DNA of 59,241 nucleotides, counting the filler, from Ionaspis alba (Eukaryota), in the NCBI GenBank assembly GCA_964255285.1. It is 8 parts of 8 records of this genome, joined end to end, with 100 filler letters (N's around TTAATTAATTAA, not from the genome) between each part and the next. Parts side by side here need not be neighbours in the genome. Positions count along the whole stretch, not along the records: positions 22,322 to 29,640 come from CAXUUL010000839.1; positions 29,741 to 37,055 come from CAXUUL010000840.1; 6 more parts are not named here. One strand, written 5' to 3'. Under the pieces are notes generated by a model, which made no database searches, was not told the origin of the DNA, and saw only the letters and a list, made by a program, of their open reading frames with translations. This document shows, one piece after another, positions 23,577-35,590 of the stretch. The position numbers and the translations under genes were made by a program. The first letter of the stretch is position 1, and every line of letters starts with the position of its first letter.

Positions 23577-24134
23577 TGTTTGNNNNNNNNNNNNNNNNNN
23601 NNNNNNNNNNNNNNNNNNNNNNNNNNNNNNNNNNNNNNNNNNNNNNNNNNNNNNNNNNNNNNNNNNNNNNNNNNNNNNNNNNCTGATTTGATAGTGTGCT
23701 CTTAATATGCGCGGTCGATAGCCATGATCGACTTCGACAAGTCACAAGCGCCAAGACTTTACTACACTCAGCAGAATCACCAGTGTGCGAAGGTGTTGCA
23801 CGTCATGAGAATTTCGTTATCTGGTAACTAGCACAAGCTCATGCCATTAACACCATGCCTTTCAGTGGCCCTCAGGAAGCACAGCCTTTTGTACAAATGT
23901 TTACAATTCCCTAGACGCCATCGCAGCACGGAACCACGCATATAACCCAGCTTCCAACCAAAGCATGCAACCAGAACTTATCCACAGCAACAAGAGTGCT
24001 TAGACATGCCGAAAACCATGCCATATGCACTAAAATAGCGACTTAGTGACTCGAATTACACGATCGTGCTCCAGACATATTCTTGTACCAAGTCATGATA
24101 GCCTGCCTTTCATTTTTTCGTTCTGGGCATTCCT

Positions 24135-24260
24135 TCAACGGAAGCAGTTGAATCGACCGAAGCTGAATCTCCATGGCTGACGGTGAGCGCCATGGCGGTC
24201 GACTGTTACGCCTGTGCCGACGTGCTTTCCGCCGACGCCTTTACTGTAGAAGAAGGGCAT
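24135..24260 (-). CDS. Putative 41-aa basic microprotein MPFFYSKGVGGKHVGTGVTVDRHGAHRQPWRFSFGRFNCFR
   Basis: ACCATG start context, C/A-rich leader, C-ending codon bias and a candidate 5'UTR intron 24378-24323 (GTAGCC..ACTAAC..CAG). Confidence 0.55.
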   Translation of the reverse strand: MPFFYSKGVGGKHVGTGVTVDRHGAHRQPWRFSFGRFNCFR

Positions 24261-25027
24261 GGTGTACGTGTGTGGTGTAAGATTTGTGGCTTGGGAGGAT
24301 GTTGGATTGGGTTGTTTAGGTGCTGTAATGAGAGTTAGTTTTTGCAAACTGCAAGTCAGCGGAAAACGTGATGGCTACCTTTGGTTCTTGATTGTGGAGG
24401 ATGAAAGAGTCGATAGGTAGGCAGAGAAGTTGGTGAGTGAAGGTATTCGTGGATGTGGACGTTAATATTCGAGTTGTTGTGCTGTTCAGAGCAGCAGTTT
24501 AAGTATTTGGGGAAGTCGCGCTATGACGTCGTCCAAACAGGATTTCGGTCTGTTCTTGGCACTTGTGGCTGCGCCGGTTGTACGTTGAACTTCATCTTGA
24601 ATTTTCAGATGATGACCTATACTGTACTTGGCAGTGCCATGGAAAGAAACAATGGATTCACTCCGAGGACACGTTATCTACAACGCCTTACTCGTACTCT
24701 TCTGTGCGTGTACTGAATATATGCCACTTGCAGGGTTTGTAGAAGTCCTTAGGGTTATCACCTGTCTCGGCCTTGTCGAATGGCTGTCCAGCGAGGACTA
24801 TTAACGCCAACTACATGGGAGAGACGTTATCAATGGGTACTGCTGACTTTCGATGAATACAGAGTCCGTGGAACTTTGAACAGCCAATGCTGCGTGGATT
24901 TAACAAGGCATATGAGTTGTCTATTGCGAGGTATTTCTCAGGAGGATTAAATTTCAACTTGCCTGGGTGGAAATAAGTTCTCAAGAATCGACCCTAAGAA
25001 ACTATGCATTGTTCATCTTCATGAAAA

Positions 25028-27269
25028 CTACTCTATCGCCAGTAAAAATGCTATAACCGCACTAATATACATCCACAACATCCTCGCGTTCAGGGTCTTC
25101 GCGCGTCCTTGTAATGGTACTGCCCCTTGTGTGCTTGTTACATTCCCACCACCAAGCCCACTAATAATATATCTTCCAAGTCCCGCAGTGCTCGTTCCGA
25201 CGACCAAAGCGGTTACGCTGGGCTCAAGGGAGATTCTCGTTCCAGATAGAATGATTGCGGGTCCCCCTGGAACGAGTGTCTGACTGCCTATAACATACTG
25301 GCTTGCAGCATTAGCCGTGATGATTTGAGTTCCAATTGTTATTGGAGCAAGACCAGTAGGTTGTGTGGGAATAGGCACGTCTAGTATTGATATAATAGAA
25401 GTGCCAATCACTAGCTCAGTCCCAGAATTTGAGGTCTGAAGTGCAAGCACAATTGTTGAGGTACCACTACCGATTGTGATACTAGACCCTGGAAGGAGTG
25501 TTTGACCGGCGACGATGTACTGGGAGGCGGAGTTCCGGGTAACGACTTCGGTACCTATAGTGATTGGACTTGGGCCGACCGGAGCCGCAGAAGCTGGTAC
25601 CGCTGGAACTTTGTAAGTGGATGAACCAATGATCAAATGGGTCAGAGAACCGGAGGTCTGTAAAGTAAGGATTGTCGTAGAAGTACCTGCTCCAATGGTT
25701 ATCACGGAATTAGGATTGACAAATGGTTTAGAGCCAAGGGTGATAACAGAAGCAGGGGTATTTCCCGAGCTAGGACGGAGAGTGACAAGGTCGCCAGGCT
25801 TATATACTTGGCTAGAGATGATATATTGAGATGCAGTATTGGGAGATATGGTATCGGTGCCAATGACGATTGGCTGTAGAGCTGTACTAGGGACGGAAAA
25901 GGGATTGAACGGATTGTGAATGGTAGAGGTGCCGACGACAAAATGGGTGGAGCTGCCTGATATGACGACCATGACAGGCGTAGCGGCAGGAATAGCGCTT
26001 GATATAGCAGACGAGATAGTTGTCCCAAGTGCTAACGGCGACAAGGTGATTGTAGTTTGTGAATGGTCATCGGATGACACAGTGACACCAGGAACACGGG
26101 ATGTGGCATCAAGCTTTGCAGACTGCCGAGGAGTCTGTAGTGCTGTCATAGGACGCGGTGGTGATGGTAGTGGCGGTGGAATGGTAGAAATGGCGGGTTT
26201 GTGCAAACTACTAGCTGGTACAGCAGGAATATAAGTCGAAGTTTGCGATTGTGCTTCTGCTGGATCTGTAGAAACCGAGACAAACGAAGTGAGGATGGTT
26301 TGGGTAGAATGAAAACGTGGATGATCTGATTGAATTATGCTCGATTGGTGAGTGTATGTGTTACCGGATACAGTAACATCGGGTGACGTGGCCGGATCTA
26401 ATTGTGTAGCTGGGAATACTGAAAAGAGGGGAACCGTATCTGCTTCATGGGATGTAGAAGTCTCTGTTAAGAAGAGTGCAGTGTCCAAAGCCGACATAGG
26501 AGCACCACAGGTACCATACATGGAGCAATCCGAGATTGCAGCCACGTCCGGGAAGAGAGAAAGTAGATAACCTTTTACATTGCAGTCACCGGGTATCCAT
26601 TCAGCCTTGTAAGCCAGGCCTTTCTCGTCTCCAGGAAGCACACTGGCTGTGGCACTAGGGAGAGGTGGATGTGATGGTAGATCTTCGGTGCCATTATGGG
26701 TCAGACATGTTACTGAACCGCGGGTCTTTGTTGGAAGTACTCCGGTCCATCCGATAGCCCAAGGATATTCAGCATATACAGTAGGGAACGCACTGTAAAA
26801 TAAACCATTAAGGCTGCACTTAGAAACAAGAGGGATCTCACTAACAGGACTCGAGTGTAATTCGTGTGTGCTAGGTAGTCAGATCCTACGATGGTTGTGA
26901 CTTTGGTACCTGCTTCATTAGTCTCTGGTAGAGTATGGGAACCAATATCATTGAACAGTGTCGTCGTCGAGGTAGTGTTTGTCCCGCTGTTTACCACCAC
27001 AACCACGGTGGCAGCCGTTATAGTTGCTGTCACATTGTAGGATACCCAAGCTATACCAGACTGTTGCACTGGCTCTATACTGCAGCTTGGCACGCATTTT
27101 GGTGGTGTAGAGATTGAGAGTGGGGTTTGCGTTGTATTTGTATAATCATCTAGACCAAATCTCAATCACTTCAACTCGAGTACAGAAGGTAAGCATAGGG
27201 AAGGCTCCTACATTGCAGGCTGTAGACTAACGGTGCCAGACAAGAAAAGACATAGGGAAAGGCCAACAT
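25028..27269 (-). CDS. Secreted Ser/Thr-rich, probably GPI-anchored cell-wall protein with beta-rich repeats, about 708 aa; exons 27269-27212, 27149-26846, 26792-25028
   Basis: Signal-like N-terminus MLAFPYVFSCLAPLVYSLQ. Two in-frame introns join the ORFs. Repeated PITIGT..NxASQYI..QTLxPG units and a hydrophobic C-terminal tail. Confidence 0.75.
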
Positions 27270-28334
27270 GTTGAGCTTGAAAGTGAACACAACGCTCTTA
27301 AAGGCTTTTGTGTCAAGGAGATATTGAGAACTCAAGAGCGAAGAATAAAATGACACAGGCAAGCATAGCTTCAGTAAACTGTGCCTTACAGTAAGGAAAG
27401 GAGCCACCACACTTCACCTAGAACCTGAAGATGCCAACAGATCATGAGGAGCTGACAGGCGGCTTGCAATATAATTGCCAGGTTTGTACGCTGCCGCGCC
27501 TCGAACAAAACCAGCCAACTGTTTTGCGAGCCGGGTGCTGATGAGCGAATCAAGGATGTGGGAACTCTCCGCTGCTTCAGAACCATTAGGGGCCGAAGGA
27601 ACATTCCCAAATCCCTTACTGTGCCACATCTGATGGATGAGTTGAGGCATATTCGTACCGTGGGNNNNNNNNNNNNNNNNNNNNNNNNNNNNNNNNNNNN
27701 NNNNNNNNNNNNNNNNNNNNNNNNNNNNNNNNNNNNNNNNNNNNNNNNNNNNNNNNNNNNNNNNAAGGATGAGCAGAATGCTGTGTTAGCCCTGGTCCAA
27801 GATACAGAAACATTACAGGTCATGGTTAGAGTCGTTGACGAACCTTTCTGAGGCGTCCAGTTGATGAAGCTAGTGAGCAAAAGTCCGAGCCGCTAATTAA
27901 TGTGCAGCACGTGCAAAGGAGGCATCATATTCTAGTCCGATAGAAGACTTCAGCTCTAGCAAATGTAAACAGTAGGATCACCACTGCTTACTTCAACCAC
28001 ATCCTCAAGGATTGCAATCACACCGATGATGCCGTAGTCTTCTGTCCTCAATATCTTTTCATTGGATCCCTAAATTCCAGGAGGACGGGGACTCCGGTAA
28101 AGAAAGGCAATATAGATTTACCTTTGCACGCGGTTTGCAAAATGAGTGGAACGGTTCGATTAGGCCGAAATGCCCCCAAACCATTCCCCTTATTTTGCAA
28201 ACCGCGTGCTGCGGAAGAGCCATGGCCAGAGCTTTAGTGGCACCAGAGCGTCTCACCAAACCTTCAAATCTTCGTCTGGAAAATGTCTGCCTCTTAAATA
28301 TCGCTCTTGAAGGCCTCGCGAACTTTCATGCACA

Positions 28335-29640
28335 ATACCTAGATCTGCCTTTACGAGCAGGAGAGCTTGTTTTCTATGCACCCTGATACTCTTCTTGACC
28401 AGGTGTTGTTTCGTACTCGGGAGTAATGGTTCCGGACCTGTATACCCCTCGAGTATCCGTCCGAGCGAATACTGGTCCGTCTAGTTGCCTTTCTCTCCAG
28501 CAGGAATGAATGAGCCGTGCCCTTCTAACCATTACTTGTAGGGATGGGAACGACGGTCCTTGGTCAACTTTTGCTTTTCAGGTCGGCACACCTTTCCAAG
28601 CCGTCAGACTTCTACCATCAAGTTCAGGAAATGCCGTATGGGTTGTTCTTTCTCAAGGCTGCGTAGCAGGATATCCAAGCAATTGTGGCGACCTCCGTGG
28701 TCCCCTATTCTCCATCAACAAATCTTCGACGTGGTCTGACCTCGGTATCTTCGAGCTCGGTCTTCAACAGGAAAGCTTACTAGGCTACGCGGGCAATGCT
28801 CAGTTTGGATTCGACACCGTAAATCTAAGCTGGTCTGGAGATGGACTTCCCACGCTCACCCACCAGATCGTAGGAGCCTTTATCACCAAGGACTTCTACC
28901 TTGGGGTAATGGGGCTTAATCCGCACTCCGTGAATCTCACCGACTGCAGTCACTCTCACCCAAGTCTGCTTACAGCCTTGAAAAGTGAAAGCAAGATTCC
29001 TAGTGCTTCTTGGGCATACACAGCTGGCTCTTACAACCAGGTACCAAAGGTGTCTGGGAGCTTGACTTTAGGTGGTTACAATACAAGTCGTTCTGTTTCA
29101 GCTAATACTTCATTCTCCTTTGGACAGTTTTCTAGAGACATCCCCGTTAAAATTCAATCGATTCTTACGGACGCGGCACCAGTCTCACTCCTCTCCTCGC
29201 CCATTTATGCCTTCATTGATTCTCTTGTGCCTCATATTTGGCTGCCTATGGATACATGTCGAGCCTTCGAACAAAACCTTCGGTCTAGTTTGGAATGAGA
29301 CCTTGGAACTTTATCTCGTGTCGGATGACTTGCACACCAAACTGGTCGAACAGAATGCAAATATTACGTTTACATCGGGGCCTTACTACAGCGGTGTAGG
29401 AACGGTGGACATCGTCTTACCATATGGGAGTTTCGACCTCACAGCTGGTGCGCTATTCGTTGAGAACACAACGAGATACTTTCCCATCAGGAGAGCACAG
29501 AACGATAATCAATATACACTCGGTCGTACATTCCTCCAGAATGCTTATGTTATCGTCGATTACGAGCGCTCCAACTTCTCAATTAGCCAAGCTCTCTTTC
29601 CGCTCACATCTGTCAGTCAGAATCTTGTTGCCATACTCCC
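28335..29640 (+). pseudogene. Aspartic protease-like (pepsin A1 fold) gene, frameshifted and apparently lacking its start codon; 3'-partial
   Basis: Motifs EYW|DGNDGPWSTF, GSLTLGGY, FIDSLVPHIWLP and LGRTFLQNAYVIVDYER. An extra A in AAAA at 29273-29276 breaks AFEQTFGLVWN. The signal-peptide-like frame begins at ATA 28335 with no in-frame ATG after the stop at 28308. Confidence 0.7.
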
Positions 29641-30505
29641 NNNNNNNNNNNNNNNNNNNNNNNNNNNNNNNNNNNNNNNNNNNNTTAATTAATTAANNNN
29701 NNNNNNNNNNNNNNNNNNNNNNNNNNNNNNNNNNNNNNNNATCACTCAGGCAAGGCGGGTGACAGTACTTCCCCTACGCTCGCTAAAAATTAGCTAGTTG
29801 GCCCGCCTCAGCTTACCTGCTTGGCTTTAATGACATTTTTGCACAGTGAGGTTTTCTCACTCACTAGCCTCGTCAGGGAGCCTCGATCCTAGAGCTGAGC
29901 TGAGGTCAATAGCTCCAATTGGACATACCAAGGCCTGAGATTGCGCCTGAGCAGAGCCTTTAAAACAAAGTGGAAAACGGGCACGTAGAAAGCCGTATGA
30001 AATTCCCAGCTTCGCCGGAAACTGCCGCCAGCGAGGTCACAAGGGACACCGACAAGACTCAGCCAATCAACAGAGTTGTTCCTCATCTTTTACATTGACT
30101 CTGCGAGTGTAGAAAGTAGAAGGGTAAAACTTAATGAACTATAAGGGGACTAACTAAATATTATATACACCGGGGGCTGGTATACCCAGCCATCTAATAC
30201 CCTGAACTTTGACAGCGAGCTCAAGTGAGAAAGAAGTACAAGGCTCGCCGTATGTTTCCGCAAACACCGCAAGCTCTATCCGTGCTCGGCTAGCGATATT
30301 GGAAGAGTAGCTGCTGTGACGAGGAACGTTAGAGCCGTGGAAAGTCGTTATGAAGCCATAGTAAAGATAGGTCTAGACAAAAAGAACAAAACTGCTTTAT
30401 GAGATATTATATGCGGTTTCTGAGATCCGGTCAAAATAGTTGAGTCGAAATGAATTCGCCGGAACTATATAGCAAAAATAACTAATGGGCTAAAAACGGG
30501 TTGTT

Positions 30506-32601
30506 TCATCGAAACGGTAACTTTTGAGCGTTTTCTGACCGTAACTCGCCGGGAGTACAGCCAAGCGGCAATTGACTGGGTATTCCTTTATCTCCTACTC
30601 CTGGAACGATCTCCCTTTCACCATTTTTGGGATTCGTGGCGTTCGGTAATTGTGACTTGTCAAACGACGTTCGGGGTGGAGCCTTCAATAGCTGACAGAT
30701 ATTGTCACCGCGTCTTGGGCCAAGTTGAACCGCCAGGTCCAGAGCTGTGTGCCGGCGATCGTTGCGTATGGTTTTATCCGCGCCTGCTGCAAGCAACAAG
30801 CTTACAACTTCGTAGCTGGCAGCTCGTACAGCGTGCATCAAAGCAGTAGCTCCCGTGATATCTTGCAGATCGAGTTCGGCTTTCGCTTCGATAAGCATAG
30901 CAGTATATTTCTGAGCACCAGAGCCTGCAGCGTTCATCAAGGGGGTGACACCACTTCGATCAGTCACATTAGGATTGGCTCCAAACTCTAGAAGAAGCTC
31001 CACAGCCGGTATACCGCCTTGTGCCATCGCTAAGTGGAGGACTGGTTTGTGGCTTAGTTTCGCCTTGTCGTCTGCGCCTATTTGAAGAAGGTACTTCGCT
31101 GTCGCAAGCCTACCGTTCCGCATACATGCCGTCAGTAAAGCTTGGCTGGCTCTGGCTTCAGTGATAGGGAAGAAGCGTCTGAAGAAGAGAAACGAGATAT
31201 TGCGGATCTTCTCTTCGTTCGAGAGGTCCAAAGCGTCGTTTCGGGCTTTGGCTTCGATTCCCCAATCCGATTTGTCAAACCACTATGCGCATTCCAAATA
31301 TGAGCAAGTTTTGGTAACAGGCTTGGGGAGTACCCTACCTCATCAGGGTTCTTCAATGCTTTGTTGAAAGGCCCGTAGGCCATTTTCATCATGTCGGACG
31401 TCATATCGATAGGTTGGCCGTTTTGATCGACGTTGACCCAAGTGTCCTTTTCTGCTTCCTTCTTACCAACTGCTTCCACAGCATCTTCAACAAGGTCGAT
31501 GATCCCGCCAGATACTCTTTCGTATCCGTGGTCAGTCTCGCTCTTGAATTTGCACATGTCAGAGTGATTGGCAGGTATCCACTGCTTCCGCTCACAGGGA
31601 AGGCCCAGAGTGGCTGAATCGTCATCGACGATCTTTCCAGCCGACCCATAAGCTATATCCTCGAGGAAGGAGAATATGGATATCTGCTTGACGATTCCAC
31701 AGAACGAGTCTTGCAGACGTTCAAGGATCTCGGATCCTGTCTTCAGAGCATCGATAATTCTGGCATTGTGATCTTTCAACACGACGTTGGCGAAGTTTGT
31801 GGCAATCTTGGCCCATGCCGTATGATTACCACCCCGATGGGGCGTTCCGAGAAATGCGATACCATAGGTGCAATCAATGACAGCAGCTGCACGAGAATTA
31901 CGCCCGTTCGATTTGTACTCATGTGATTTGCAAAGCGCGTCTTTGATGACCAGGCCACCCTGTCCATAATCATTTAGCATCGGTTCTGTCACAATGATTG
32001 CTTGGCGAGGGTTACAAGACCTGCCCGACATTTGCAGGCGTGTGCTATACGGCTCGAGATATATAAGAAAGCCTCATTCTACCCCTTGAGGGCAAAAGCA
32101 TCGTCTTGAATAAGGACTTACCAAGCTATGGCCGACAAATATAATTGGTCGGGTTTTCTATACGAAACAAGTTGGTCGTAGATCCCATGTCAGGTAAGAC
32201 TTTCTTGACGTTTACCTCGTCCGACTTTCTCCGTGTCCTTTGTAGGTCCTCCAACAAATTGACGGCATGCTGAAAGATACTGCTTTGGCTTGCGTTGCTG
32301 AAGAAGTTCATGACATTGGCTTTGATTTGCGCAAGATTCGTCAGCAATTTTTGCTCCCATAGTCGAGAGTTCTTTGACTTGAGTAGCCGAGCAATGGCAT
32401 TTAACAATGCAAGTGAATCTCTAGGAACATACCGTCATAGCTGTACGACATTATCCTGGCATTTGGGAGGTCCTTGGGAAGTAGATCTCGGGGCCAAAGC
32501 ACTCCGTCAACATCCCACGTCTTGATTCTATCGCCGCGAAGGCCGTGCACGAACACAATGTCGGCCTGGATTGGCTCCGCTCCCGGGACAAGAACCTCCA
32601 T
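30506..32601 (-). CDS. SesB/DUF676-like alpha/beta hydrolase fused to ankyrin repeats, about 568 aa; exons 32601-32433, 32319-32216, 32157-32122, 31959-31339, 31282-30506
   Basis: DIVFVHGLRG, WPRDLLPKDLPNARIMSYSYD, RPIIFVGHSLGGLVIK (nucleophile elbow, formed by splicing), FLGTPHRG and HSDMCKF, then ankyrin repeats (PVLHLA, TPLMNAA, TALMHAV, TALDLA). Four introns keep the frame; the first uses a rarer AAG acceptor with a GCTGAC branch site. Confidence 0.82.
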
Positions 32602-33488
32602 CGTTAATAATTTGATTCTTGTTCGTTATTGCAATTCAACGAAACAGCCGTGAACATATCAGTTCAACAAGGCTGGGCCTAACTGATGGAGGGATAAATA
32701 GCCGCCCCAGAATTCGGCTAGACTCTAAATTAGATGCATAACGGCATGATTGGACTTGATCTAAAAAATCGAGGCCCCATCTTCAGCGCCCTAATTTTCG
32801 AAGCGAATCGTAGGAGTAAGTCAACGCCTTTCCTGCCCACAGCTCCTACAATGGCAAGAGTAAAGAGGCTATGCTAAGCCAAATTCAGATTTCACCTGGC
32901 ATCCTGGTCACGGGGGCAGACGAGGAGATGTTGATGAGCAGTCTGGAAATGAGTTGTCGGATAAGGCTGAGTATGGCGAATGTGCTGTTCTACGATAGGT
33001 TTGTGGGATAGGAAGAAATTATATTATTTGTTCGCAAACCATTGGCTTGCGCGAATGTTTTTAATTTCGTAATCATCACCACGATATAGTCTCGACCAGA
33101 TATCATTTTCGAGAAGTCTCGTGTTTAGCAGTACCCATTTTACAGCTGGTTCTCTTTCTCAACTAAAGCCGGCTCGATAGAATCTACTACAGGGAGAAAA
33201 ATGTAATTTAATGAGAAATTTGGTGTTGGGACCTTCGACCAGATCTATATTCTCTTGGCGCACCCGTGAAGTTTAGACGCGATCAATACCTTCTTTCCCT
33301 CTCTTATCGGTCATTGGTTCCTCGTCTTCAACTGCCCACATCTCAAAGCAGATCCCAAGTCGCATTGTTGGCGTTCAAGTGGCGTCAAGCATTCCCGCTT
33401 AGTTTCATTGGAAGGCGCCACTAGCTGGGCGAATCTACCGAAAGTCTGCATATGTGTGGTGGTATCCTCGTTTGGGAAAAGGGGAGAT

Positions 33489-33521
33489 GTTGTTGTTGTT
33501 GTTGTTGTTTCGTTGTTGTTG
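33489..33521. repeat. (GTT)n microsatellite
   Basis: Read directly from the sequence. Confidence 0.85.
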
Positions 33522-35590
33522 ACCGCATTTGAGTTTCTCTTTTCTTTCTTCCTGTTGTCTCTTCTGCAATGTCACCATTGACTGGTCTGGACAACGGTCA
33601 TGTAAGAGACCTGAAATAGGTGGATGTAACCCTATGGCAGGGCTGCCGCTGGCTGGGTGGGTTCGTGCGCCGGAAGGTGGTGGTGTCTAACAATTGCGGT
33701 TGATGAAGACCCCAGCTGAAGGTTGATGGAGTGGTTGAATCCATGGTAGAGTGCATTTTGGTTGGCTGACGATGGCTTTTTGGGTTCATGCAAGCTGGGT
33801 GACTACTCGATGGGCTGCTCTCCGTGGATCCGATAAAGTGTATGTGTGTGGGTGTGTGGTTGTCTAGAACCAAGTACTCTGTACCTCTGTATGTGCGACT
33901 TTCCTAGATGGATTGCGGTCTGGCCCAATCATGCAGATCGTGGGCATTGAATAATTTTGTTCAGCCCTGGAATTGTCATTGTGTGTGGAGGATTGTTAAC
34001 CTTGTCGGGTTTGGGCATGGGGATATCAGCTTTGCCTCGTATTGCTACGGTACGAGTAGTAGTAGTCTACTAAGTACACGCTGGTGCTGCTCGAGCGGGG
34101 TCTTATAGACTTAAGTGGAGTGCGAATACTCTCAACGGCCCATTCTCCTGGACCAAATTGGAAGATGCTCAATATGTGTTACCGTAGTGGACATCTGTCA
34201 TTCTTGTGACAACGAATCAACTTCAGCTGCTTTCTCGCCCCTCATCTCCAAGGATGAAGCTCGTAAGAGAGAGATGACAGGGTGAGCACGCGGCGTGATC
34301 GTATCGAGAGCCTATCTCTGCTGCCGCNNNNNNNNNNNNNNNNNNNNNNNNNNNNNNNNNNNNNNNNNNNNNNNNNNNNNNNNNNNNNNNNNNNNNNNNN
34401 NNNNNNNNNNNNNNNNNNNNNNNNNNNTGAGTTTATGCAGGTAGACAACCTGTCAGAATGGCTGATGATCCCTCAAGCCTTCGAAATCCCTCCCCACACA
34501 TACATCTCTCACGCCTCGTCTTACATACTCGTACACGCCATCCGCCATCTTCCTAACAAAGCATTATCCGTCTGGGCATATCTGTCGTTATATAATCCTT
34601 GGCTAGAAAAACAAATCATACCAGCCCTGGAGTTTCCCTTTCCCATTGCCCTCCCCCCTTGTCGCTTGCAGCGCGTTGGAAGGAAAGCGCACCTAATTTG
34701 TGAAAATGTCCCGAAAGTGGCCCACGCCAAAACTCAGCCTCCTGCCTGAATGCAGACGATTCCAATACTTGGATGCTTGCGCCAGTGGGTGTGCGGCGTA
34801 TGCCTCTTCTGCCTCTTCCACCCTTTTCCACCCTCCCCCATGCAAGCCCCCATGCCGAGCATGACCATAACGAACCATTCCTGCCTGCTGGAAGGTTCCC
34901 CTTCCAAATTTTCTCTATCAATTTCCGCAGACACCCTTCCAAGGTACCGCCGATATCTACGCGTCCTGTCCAACAATCCCCCCTTCCCCCAAATCGGCCA
35001 GGCTTGTCCCCAGGCAAGCTTCCCGTTCGCCGTTCTTGTGGCTTTTTCTATCGCCTGGTTCATCTTACCCATGCGTAAGCTCCTGCTGGCTTCTTTTCGA
35101 CAGACATGGCGGAAGGGCGAAAACGGCGGCGTAGGATTACCTGGTCTCTTTCTTCCCCATTTATCAAACTTCAGACACCACCACCAACAGCTTTTTGCTT
35201 GGTATCTACTAATCCAGTACAGTCATTTCAGGTCCTCTTTCTTCTTGCAGTTGCTGTGCCTGAATCTTATTACTCCCTCACATAATATCTATTGTTTAAT
35301 ATCTCGTGGCTCCCTTGTTGTTCTTCCATCCTACGTTCACCATACAACAACAACACCCTTTGTACAAACATAAGGCCCTCTACTAATATACGAGATCCAC
35401 ACACGTTGACATTGAAGGAACTCCGGAAATCTTCCTTCTGTCTCATCGACGTATCACTTTTCCTCAGCCTCAGAAGAAGACCCCGAGCTCGCCCATAACC
35501 ACCCTCAGAGCGAAAGAAGAAGAAAATCCCGCAGATCTCCGGAATAAATCGATTGGCAATGCTTGGTCTTCCACGTCGCACCTATCAGCG

